The notes under the pieces: model-generated
The model's input: the letters and a program-made list of their open reading frames with translations, nothing else
What the model was told of the DNA's origin: nothing
Database searches by the model: none
In this document: piece by piece, positions 9,028 to 16,385 of the stretch
How the letters are laid out: every line of letters begins with the position of its first letter
Position numbering within the stretch: the first letter of the stretch is position 1
Virus record (IMG/VR): IMGVR_UViG_3300023202_000383
Span: 192,508 to 256,507 of that record
DNA: 64,000 bases
Strand: one strand, 5' to 3'
Program-made: the position numbers and the translations under genes

Positions 9028-9442
9028 AGTATTTATTCGTGTTCTTTTTGAGAAACGTTTCTGTAGTTTCTAATAGTTGCTCAAAATACTCTCTTCTGAA
9101 TCCGTTTTTTGACCATTTGGTGCTTATGTCTTCCCACCCCTTAATTTGTGGTCTTACATCATGTATTGTGTGTTTATGTGTACCACCTGATTTTCTAAGC
9201 TCTCCATCATAATGGACTGCAGAGATCCGTTTGTTAATGATGTCAATTACCCAGCATATAGGCTTATGGATTTGCACACACACTAATTCAGCGTCCGGAT
9301 TGTCAACGTCTTTTCTGACATATCCATTGTCATCAATCCATACTAATTCCATTTCGTTGATATATAATACCCTATTGAACAGGCTGTATTTTCTTGAACT
9401 CATTGGTATCGCCCTCGTGTCCGCAATCAGGGCAGCTACCAA
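9014..9442 (-). CDS. hypothetical protein, tandem paralog family
   Basis: LVWIDDNGYVRKDVDNPDAELVCVQI; true start probably downstream of 9442. Confidence 0.6.
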   Translation of the reverse strand: MVAALIADTRAIPMSSRKYSLFNRVLYINEMELVWIDDNGYVRKDVDNPDAELVCVQIHKPICWVIDIINKRISAVHYDGELRKSGGTHKHTIHDVRPQIKGWEDISTKWSKNGFRREYFEQLLETTETFLKKNTNKYYGNE

Positions 9443-9677
9443 TCATTTCGTTCATTGATGTGTCTGGGTGTATTTCTTTGCATGTGGCTTTTTCAGAACC
9501 ACAATTTGGGCATTTGTAATATGTAGGAGTAAACTCCATATGTGTGATTGACCCGTCATCTTCGATATTCAAGCCTAGGGAATTTGCGAATTTTTTGAAC
9601 CCAGGTGTAATCGATTCTGGGTCTAGCTTATTTGTTTCCTCTGACAGTACCTTATCAAGTTTATCTTTATAGTCCAT
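9372..9677 (-). CDS. zinc-ribbon protein
   Basis: CPNCG...CPDCGH. Confidence 0.6.
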   Translation of the reverse strand: MDYKDKLDKVLSEETNKLDPESITPGFKKFANSLGLNIEDDGSITHMEFTPTYYKCPNCGSEKATCKEIHPDTSMNEMIGSCPDCGHEGDTNEFKKIQPVQ

Positions 9678-9975
9678 CGTTGTTCCCTAAACGTTTTAAA
9701 GAAAATTCAGCGTCTGCTATATATGGACCTATAGTAGCAGGATCTGACTCCCAGCCGCATATTTGCATGGCGTCTGGCCCATCGGTTATTTTGGCTGGGC
9801 CATTGTAATATTCCATGACTCTAGATGCTCTCTTATTTTCTATATCTACTACAACTATTGATGTCCAATAGTTAATTAGAACACATATAGCTTCTGAATC
9901 CGGATCATCAATGTCATGGCGGATCCGCCCATCGTCATCAACCCATACTAAACAGTTGTCCAATTTATAAAACAT
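9667..9975 (-). CDS. hypothetical protein, tandem paralog family
   Basis: LVWVDDDGRIRHDIDDPDSEAICVLI. Confidence 0.65.
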   Translation of the reverse strand: MFYKLDNCLVWVDDDGRIRHDIDDPDSEAICVLINYWTSIVVVDIENKRASRVMEYYNGPAKITDGPDAMQICGWESDPATIGPYIADAEFSLKRLGNNDGL

Positions 9976-10018
9976 TATTGATTGGAGGTTCGAAACTGTG
10001 CTTTGCCATATATTTGAA

Positions 10019-10289
10019 CTCCCCTGCCTGGACTTGAACCAGGAACCTAGCGGTTACAGCTACCCGGAAATTTCTATCCGGACTGGACTTTCTCTTGGCC
10101 ATGTCTTTCGATTTAGGCCCATCCCGTAAAGTCTCTACACTTGCCCGGCTTTCGCCTGCTAGCTCGGTCGGGATTACCATGCCATTATGGGTTAGGCTTC
10201 CCCGAATTAGGGATGTTTTCACCATGTAGTTTCCTACATGGGCTGCAATTGTTTACAGCCGCTCGCTCTACCAATTGAGCTACAGAGGA
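10019..10289 (-). tRNA. tRNA-Asn(GTT), intron-containing (exons 10255-10289 and 10019-10056)
   Basis: TCCTCTG/CAGGGGA+G73; joining exons gives AGCGG-CTGTTAA-CCGCT. Confidence 0.9.
10057..10254 (-). mobile_element. group I intron (198 nt, no ORF) at tRNA position 35/36
   Basis: 5' exon ends in U; P1 GGCUGU/GCAGCC with U.G wobble; core AAUUCGGGGAA, AAUCCCGAC, GUAGAGACUUUACG, GAAAGUCCAGUC; terminal G. Confidence 0.88.
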
Positions 10290-10461
10290 ATATATTGATT
10301 TAGTTGGTGGCTGCCTTACCAAGTCGGCCATCCGCCAAAATTCATCGATCATTCGCAATACTCATTCGTTGGGCAAAGAACCACACCATATGGTGCTTTG
10401 CAGTCAGGACACGCTACACGAGCGATTCCCTCATTCCGCACCGACCGTTTCATGGCTTCCT

Positions 10462-10935
10462 TCAATACGGACTTTTGCTATCAAATCTTTTCCTAATGTT
10501 CATTATGTAATCTATGACAGCTATTATTTTGTCGATCACTTTTTGCGGATCATAATTTGGGTCGACATAGTCTCCAAATGGGAAATCGAAGATTGCACCG
10601 GCATTAATATCTATTATCACATGAAATTTGTTGGGGTCTCCGGTTCCGTCGTTAGTAATGTTTATATTTATTGAGCCCATTTCTGACATTATTGAAAGTC
10701 GATAAGTTTCGGCTTCTTCAAGAGCGAATTGGTCAGAGTTGTCAATTAGTTCAAAAACTGGCATTTTACTTGGTGGATACCATAAGTCCACCCTCTGGTA
10801 AAATCGATTCCTGACTTCCTTTAATATCAGCTTAGCCGTCCGCAACTTTGGTTCTCGTTTTACTCGTTTTACTGGCTTGCAGCTTCTTGACCTGCAATAA
10901 CAATCAACTGGGCATTTATATGGACCAGATGGCAT
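10462..10935 (-). CDS. hypothetical protein, DPxF(D/N)P family
   Basis: C-terminal DYVDPNYDPQKVIDKII. Confidence 0.6.
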   Translation of the reverse strand: MPSGPYKCPVDCYCRSRSCKPVKRVKREPKLRTAKLILKEVRNRFYQRVDLWYPPSKMPVFELIDNSDQFALEEAETYRLSIMSEMGSININITNDGTGDPNKFHVIIDINAGAIFDFPFGDYVDPNYDPQKVIDKIIAVIDYIMNIRKRFDSKSPY

Positions 10936-10959
10936 GTGCTATTAGTTCGGGCAGCTCTA

Positions 10960-11421
10960 TTATGATCCCATTTCAAATCCCATTAATTTGACATTGCTGT
11001 GTGGGGTGTTTGGTTTCTCGTAAATGTTCTCCAAAAACTTATGGTGGAAGTCTTTGGTTGTGTGAATCATCTCGTTGGCTAGCAATGCAACTTCTAGCCA
11101 TGTTGGGTCTTCAACTACGTCGCTCGTGTAAGGTTTGCCACCGCCAGATAACCACCCATGTTGTAATTCTTCAAACACCACTCTTCCTTCAACGGCGATA
11201 TCGTCGAGGTTGCTTAATGGGATTTTAAAAATGTTGTTTTTATATGTCTGGTAATACCCGCAATATATAACCTTGGGTTCAAAAAGAGAATTTTCCATTA
11301 TGTGTCTGATGACAAAGAATCTGTTGATTTTCCAATATAGCCAATTGTCGATGCTATATAATTTGTGGATGATCCAGTCAATAATGTTCGATATTTTGAT
11401 TTCTTTGAATTCAAAATTCAT
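10960..11421 (-). CDS. hypothetical protein
   Basis: 153-aa ORF tightly packed with neighbours. Confidence 0.6.
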   Translation of the reverse strand: MNFEFKEIKISNIIDWIIHKLYSIDNWLYWKINRFFVIRHIMENSLFEPKVIYCGYYQTYKNNIFKIPLSNLDDIAVEGRVVFEELQHGWLSGGGKPYTSDVVEDPTWLEVALLANEMIHTTKDFHHKFLENIYEKPNTPHSNVKLMGFEMGS

Positions 11422-12277
11422 TGATTATTATACCATATATATCGTCGCTGATCATCGTCGGATTTAAACACAATATGTAATTGGCAAGATTAGAGTTGCC
11501 GTGGACAAAATGATTGCACCTTGACAATAGTATAGAGTCCACCAATGCTTCTTTACCCATTTCATACGGGTCGCCAGCCGCATTTGCATGCGGTTCTCCG
11601 TCGTGCAGTCTTATCGCTGGCGTTGTTTGTATTCTTTTGCCGTACCTATCTGACATTCTATTTACCACAACCTGTGCATCTGTTCCGAGCAATATGTTGG
11701 CATCTGGATGCTTGTGCAGATACTTGTCTATTTTGCTCATATATAGATGATATGGCGGATTGCCCACATTAAGCAACTTGTTTAGGTATGGGACACCACC
11801 ATGTATCCTGCCTGGGCCTCTAATATGAACTCCAATTGTGTGACCACTTACTAAGTCACTATTAGAATCTGCTGCAGCAATAATTTCATCCCTAAATGGC
11901 AGATATTTGTTTATTATCTTGTTCGGTTTGTATCGATCTTTAGGTGGCAACAAGATTGTTGCCGGACCGTTGTATCTTTCTGGTTCTGGTATAGTAGGTC
12001 CGGTCCGTCGCATTATTCTATGCTGCGGATATGCTTCGAATATATCGATGTCATTTCTGGTATTGTTCGAGTCTAAAACATCGTTAAATGTGTGGTCTAT
12101 ACGATAAAAATATTGATCCCACGTATCGCCTGGTCCACCGGCGTTGTAATACTTGCTATTCCAATATGGCATTATGATAATATTATTATTGTCACCATAA
12201 GAAAACGCGGTAACTGCTCTACTTATCACAACTCCTATGCCATTGTTGGCAGTAAGTGTAACGCGTAACTTATTCAT
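11411..12277 (-). CDS. NodZ/GT23-like fucosyltransferase
   Basis: TIGVHIRG, ILLGTDAQ, EALVDSILLSRCNHFVHGNSN motifs of the GDP-fucose-using superfamily. Confidence 0.75.
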   Translation of the reverse strand: MNKLRVTLTANNGIGVVISRAVTAFSYGDNNNIIIMPYWNSKYYNAGGPGDTWDQYFYRIDHTFNDVLDSNNTRNDIDIFEAYPQHRIMRRTGPTIPEPERYNGPATILLPPKDRYKPNKIINKYLPFRDEIIAAADSNSDLVSGHTIGVHIRGPGRIHGGVPYLNKLLNVGNPPYHLYMSKIDKYLHKHPDANILLGTDAQVVVNRMSDRYGKRIQTTPAIRLHDGEPHANAAGDPYEMGKEALVDSILLSRCNHFVHGNSNLANYILCLNPTMISDDIYGIIINEF

Positions 12278-12594
12278 TGTGTTAAATTAGACAGGTATCG
12301 TGATATCATTTCTGTATCATATCTCGGTTTATAATATTTATCGATCTTTGATAATTTGATAACCCATTCGATCAGTTCCTGGGGGTTGAAATTGGGGTCT
12401 GTTATGTCATAATCTTTGCGCAGCGGGCACGCTGTCGCCCATCTTTGAACAATAGTTTCACTGTTAGATATCCTAGCGAGTTCATGCCCAATACCAGTTG
12501 CCTTAATTCTAGTATGGTCATTTAATCTCCATACATGTGTGCATGGAAGTTGGTCTGATATAGCACACGCGATTTCTAAGTGGAATTGCTTCAT
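12274..12594 (-). CDS. hypothetical protein, DPxF(D/N)P family
   Basis: YDITDPNFNPQELIEWV. Confidence 0.6.
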   Translation of the reverse strand: MKQFHLEIACAISDQLPCTHVWRLNDHTRIKATGIGHELARISNSETIVQRWATACPLRKDYDITDPNFNPQELIEWVIKLSKIDKYYKPRYDTEMISRYLSNLTQ

Positions 12595-12718
12595 AATGGG
12601 GAGATTACGCTCGCCGCTTTTTGGCCATTGCGAAGTTGGCTATCCATGCCGCCTCCCCGATAACTACTGATACATATGTGCGAAGCACATAATAATTTAT
12701 GTGTCAAACATAACTTAA

Positions 12719-12804
12719 CAGCGGCTGTAGGATTCGAACCTACGTGGGGCTTGTAGCCCTGCAGCTTCAAAGGCTGCCGCGATCGTCCACTCCGCCAAGC
12801 CGCT
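12719..12804 (-). tRNA. long-variable-arm tRNA with Gln (TTG) anticodon
   Basis: AGCGGCT/AGCCGCT+G73; D-arm GCG-GAGTGGACGAT-CGC; GCAGC-CTTTGAA-GCTGC; V-arm GGGCT-ACA-AGCCC; T-arm GTAGG-TTCGAAT-CCTAC. Confidence 0.88.
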
Positions 12805-12814
12805 AGGTGCAAAA

Positions 12815-13505
12815 ATGAGCAAATTAGATAATATTCCAAAAGATAGGTTTATAAAAACATATGAATCGTCTGAATCAATAAGCGATATGCTGCTAAAAAT
12901 GCGGATTAATTGCCGCTGGCGGAAACTATAAGACTCTTAAAAATAGACTCAAAATCTATGATCTTGACTACGACGAGCTTAAAAGCCGAGGACGTAATTC
13001 AGCAAATTCTAAGCTGATTACAAATAAAGGCGTGCCACTAGATGAAATTATGGTGGAAAATTCAACATATAAAAGAAGTAGCTTAAAACATAGGATCATA
13101 AGATCTGGAATAATTCCATATAAATGCGCTATCTGTGACCAGAATTCAACATGGCGCGGCGAGAATCTTACATTAATTCTAGATCATATCAATGGTGTTG
13201 GTAATGATCATAGAAAAGAGAATTTGAGATTCTTATGTCCAAATTGCAACAGCCAAACTCCAACATTTGCTGGTCGGAACATAGATTGGTCTGGTACAAA
13301 AAATAAGTGTGTCGATTGCAATAATATCATTACTAGAAAAGCGTTAAGATGTCCAAAATGTAATAGTATAAATAGGCGTAAAATCGAGTGGCCAGACAAT
13401 TTATCAGATTTGGTTGCTGAGTCGTCTAAATTAGCGGTTGCAAAATCTCTTGGAGTATCTAATGTTGCCGTTGCGAAACGCCTAAAGTATATAAACCAAG
13501 TTTAG
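12815..13505 (+). CDS. HNH homing endonuclease (apparent +1 frameshift at about 12902)
   Basis: CAICDQ...LILDHINGVGNDHRKENLRFLCPNCNSQT. Frame from ATG 12815 joins the 13032 frame if one base at 12902 is removed (KMGLIAAGGNYKTLK). Confidence 0.8.
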
Positions 13506-13517
13506 CTGCCTATTACA

Positions 13518-14183
13518 CTACGGGCCAATAGTGTTAAAACTCTTACATCTGTTCAGTCTCTTGCACGGCGTGCACTTCATGCATCGTTTGTATCCGGTCA
13601 TTTCCACAGTGTGGATGAAGTCTGGGCTTTCACAAACCCATAGTTTATTTAATATCGGTTTATTAAGTTTCTTTTCTATCTTCTTCAAATAGCTTATAAT
13701 GTGACCTTTGTGCGTGTTGATAAATGGCGTATATAGCGTTGGTGTGTGAGTATCTTCAAAGCTCATTAATTCCCAATGCGCTCTAAGCAGGTCTATTATG
13801 TCATTTATGTAATCTCTCGCTTCGTCGCCTCTATTGTATCCAACACAAATCTGATCGGCCTCGTGTTCCCCTGCAGCAAAAGCAGCTGCTTGTATCCACA
13901 GTGGTGGTTGAGAAAAACCATCTTTGGGCCGCCCGTAAACACTGATTTCAGTATTTACGAATTTTACTCTTTTATCGCATATTTGAAGATCTATATGGTA
14001 ATTGTCGTCATAGATCGATTCTAGATATTTTACTACCTGCCTTTCGCACCAGGCTTTGCCCGCATTGGCAGGCGACAGATCTACATATAAAGCGATAATT
14101 TTATCGGTAGTTTCCTCTAGAAGCTTGAAGAAGCAAGCTGTTGAGTCTAGGCCACCCGATAAAAGCAGAATAGTAGTCTTCAT
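13518..14183 (-). CDS. queC: QueC-like PP-loop ATPase (7-cyano-7-deazaguanine synthase family)
   Basis: MKTTILLLSGGLDST PP-loop, C-terminal WVCE...CMKCTPC zinc site; ATG 14183 (the track extension reads through tRNA-Glu). Confidence 0.72.
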   Translation of the reverse strand: MKTTILLLSGGLDSTACFFKLLEETTDKIIALYVDLSPANAGKAWCERQVVKYLESIYDDNYHIDLQICDKRVKFVNTEISVYGRPKDGFSQPPLWIQAAAFAAGEHEADQICVGYNRGDEARDYINDIIDLLRAHWELMSFEDTHTPTLYTPFINTHKGHIISYLKKIEKKLNKPILNKLWVCESPDFIHTVEMTGYKRCMKCTPCKRLNRCKSFNTIGP

Positions 14184-14185
14184 AA

Positions 14186-14257
14186 TGCTCCCAAGGGGAA
14201 TCGAACCCCTATTTCCTGCGTGAAAAGCAGGTGTCCTAGCCGTTAGACGATGGGAGC
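14186..14257 (-). tRNA. tRNA-Glu(TTC)
   Basis: GCTCCCA/TGGGAGC, CCTGC-TTTTCAC-GCAGG, TTCGATT T-loop. Confidence 0.93.
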
Positions 14258-14399
14258 ATATCGCCCCGTGCATACTCAACGGGGCGTTAGTAATAATCCA
14301 ACCTCGCTAGCTGGCTGACCTGGGCAACAGGTACCTTTACAACCCTGCCGGGAACTCCAGCATCGCAAGGATATGAACTTGTCAAAGATCACTTCTTAA

Positions 14400-14471
14400 T
14401 GGGTCAGACCGGGATTGAACCAGTGTCTCACGGGCTTCAACCGTGCGCTCTACCAACTGAGCTACTGACCC
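14400..14471 (-). tRNA. tRNA-Phe(GAA)
   Basis: GGGTCAG/CTGACCC, CACGG-TTGAAGC-CCGTG. Confidence 0.93.
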
Positions 14472-14529
14472 AAGACGCCCTGTGGCGTCTTATGCGATCG
14501 CCTTGTTGGCGATTTTGCTAATATTCTCC

Positions 14530-14949
14530 TTAAACTCCTTCAAAAGCGTTCCGGCTGCTTAAGGTCCCAGTACGCTCCTTCATCGCTCGCGGAACCTCTT
14601 CTCCAAGAAACTTCTCAAGCTCTTCGGGTGTATCGAACATGTGAGCGTTATTGGCTAACGTTACGCACATATTCTTTACGCTCTCGTCGTCTGCGTCTTC
14701 CCAAGAGTCGCATCCGCTGCATGATCCGTAGTAGTCAGTAAGGACTACAAGCTTGAAGAAGTCTGGTCCATACCAAACAGCATAAATATAGCCAACCATT
14801 CCCTGATAATCACCAGAGCAGTATTCGGCAATGACCATAGAATCCTTGAATAGGGATTCCATGATTTCAGTATGTCCGCCAGCATAACGCGGCTGAATCA
14901 TGATCTTGTCCCAATCCAACATATCTTTCAACATCAAATCGGCCATCAT
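14530..14949 (-). CDS. hypothetical protein
   Basis: GC-rich ORF; GGGAGG RBS before ATGATG at 14949. Confidence 0.7.
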   Translation of the reverse strand: MMADLMLKDMLDWDKIMIQPRYAGGHTEIMESLFKDSMVIAEYCSGDYQGMVGYIYAVWYGPDFFKLVVLTDYYGSCSGCDSWEDADDESVKNMCVTLANNAHMFDTPEELEKFLGEEVPRAMKERTGTLSSRNAFEGV

Positions 14950-14959
14950 GCGCCTCCCA

Positions 14960-15000
14960 ATAAAACAACGACCTTGCCCGGATTTACCGAGCAAGGTCGT
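14960..15000 (-). terminator. intrinsic terminator-like hairpin in the leader of the 14949 gene
   Basis: Perfect 10-bp stem ACGACCTTGC/GCAAGGTCGT followed by TGTTTTATT on the minus strand. Confidence 0.6.
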
Positions 15001-15133
15001 CAGTGGAGTAGTGGAATTGCTCGGTGAAGTTACGTCCTATTATCCTGGATATAGGCGTTATCTGCATTCGCTTCTTCAGCGAACCAGATTTGGCCAAATT
15101 GGATAAAGTTACGCATCATTTCGAGATCCTCAA

Positions 15134-15208
15134 TAGCGGGTACCAGTACCGCCCTGGTCTATCTTGGTCATGAGCCAAGCCTCTGCGCTCTATGCCGAGT
15201 CACCCGCG
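15134..15208 (-). ncRNA. tRNA-like cloverleaf with CAT anticodon loop and non-canonical T-loop
   Basis: 75 nt: GCGGGT/ACCCGC, CTC/GAG, CTTGG-CTCATGA-CCAAG, ACCAG-GGCGGTA-CTGGT. Confidence 0.6.
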
Positions 15209-15343
15209 TCATAAATTACTTTTGCCTAAAATACGTCGTCTGTTATGGCGCATCTTTGTTTTGCAAGAAATTATATAGGTCAGATGATTTTTATCAATCG
15301 TTTTGTAATGCATCTGTGCGATATCTAATAACGGAGAAAAATC

Positions 15344-15949
15344 ATGCAACTAGGATGGAAAAAGAGATGTTATAAAGCATATGGTGGTGATTATTATAAA
15401 TTTAGGCGTACTAATAAACAAGATGCATTATATAGAATGACTCAATATTCTGAAATGGTGTTGGCTTCTACATCGGTTGGAAATATTCTCGTGCCACGAT
15501 GGATAGCTGTTGCCGATTGTGACGATAATGACTCTTTTGTTGTAGCAAGGAATTGGCTGAAACAACATCTTAATGTTGGATTTGGAACCATATGCAGCTC
15601 TCCCGGTCGATTCTGGATTATAACTGATTATGTCAGCACATTTAGTAAGACAATTAAATTTATGAGCAACATTCCAGGTAATGACAAAAAATTCGTAAGA
15701 GATGGCTGCGTGAATGCTATTGCTATGAGAATAGGTCCAAAAGTTATAGAAAATAAAATGGGGCCATCCCCCTCTCAATTTGATATAGGGACTCTGTCAA
15801 ACCCCAAGGTCATTAAGTGGTTTGAAGAATTTCAAGGACTTTTGCAAGACCCCGATTACAAATTAGCTATTAAAAGGTTGGAATTGGAACTGGCTCGGCA
15901 GAGGGGAGATATTATGTCCCTAGCTGCTGATCCTGATTTTGTAGTTTAG
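15344..15949 (+). CDS. hypothetical protein
   Basis: 201-aa ORF with GGAG RBS. Confidence 0.7.
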   Translation: MQLGWKKRCYKAYGGDYYKFRRTNKQDALYRMTQYSEMVLASTSVGNILVPRWIAVADCDDNDSFVVARNWLKQHLNVGFGTICSSPGRFWIITDYVSTFSKTIKFMSNIPGNDKKFVRDGCVNAIAMRIGPKVIENKMGPSPSQFDIGTLSNPKVIKWFEEFQGLLQDPDYKLAIKRLELELARQRGDIMSLAADPDFVV

Positions 15950-16284
15950 TCTTCGGACTTATCTTTATCTTTTTTGGATTTCTTCTCTTTTGCTTTCTTC
16001 TTGGGTTTCTCTCCACCCGGATCAATAAATAGTTTGGCAGCAGATGCTGGGCCTATAGATTTGGCATATGCTGACATCGTTTTGAAGTTCGGATTCCTTC
16101 TAGATGTCTTGCCTTTAGATGCCTTTCCTAAGTGCCTAGATATAGTTGATGGATCGACCCCCAGTTCATTGGCAAGCTCTTCCTGAGACTTATCCAATTT
16201 ATCTAGAACATCTTGGGCGATGTTTGTTCTGTCTTTTAATTCCATCAGATGGAGGTTTTCTAATTTCATAATAAAATGATCCAA
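15946..16284 (-). CDS. XRE-type HTH protein with Lys-rich tail
   Basis: SQEELANELGVDPSTISRHLG helix-turn-helix; KPKKKAKEKKSKKDK tail. Confidence 0.75.
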   Translation of the reverse strand: MDHFIMKLENLHLMELKDRTNIAQDVLDKLDKSQEELANELGVDPSTISRHLGKASKGKTSRRNPNFKTMSAYAKSIGPASAAKLFIDPGGEKPKKKAKEKKSKKDKDKSED

Positions 16285-16385
16285 TCCAAATTTATTTTAT
16301 ATTTGCTGTAATTATGTTTGATGGTTACCCAAAGGACCAAAGAACTGGCAATCTGCGTCTAAAGTAAATATACAAAGAGGACATT

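Noticed and set aside
9965-10225. 86-aa minus-strand ORF; also the N-terminal extensions of ORFs 13518-14279 and 5736-6041, 12591-12839
   Set aside because: They read through tRNA or intron sequence and are not genuine coding regions
12597-12658. GGGGAGG/TCTCCCC-A closed structure resembling a tRNA acceptor stem
   Set aside because: Interior lacks a proper anticodon arm and T-arm, and it is too short; could be a chance hairpin or a very old remnant
14258-14400. preQ1 riboswitch or SRP RNA upstream of queC
   Set aside because: No preQ1 consensus; only a short CCAGGTCAG match to SRP without the GGAAG/AGCAG loop
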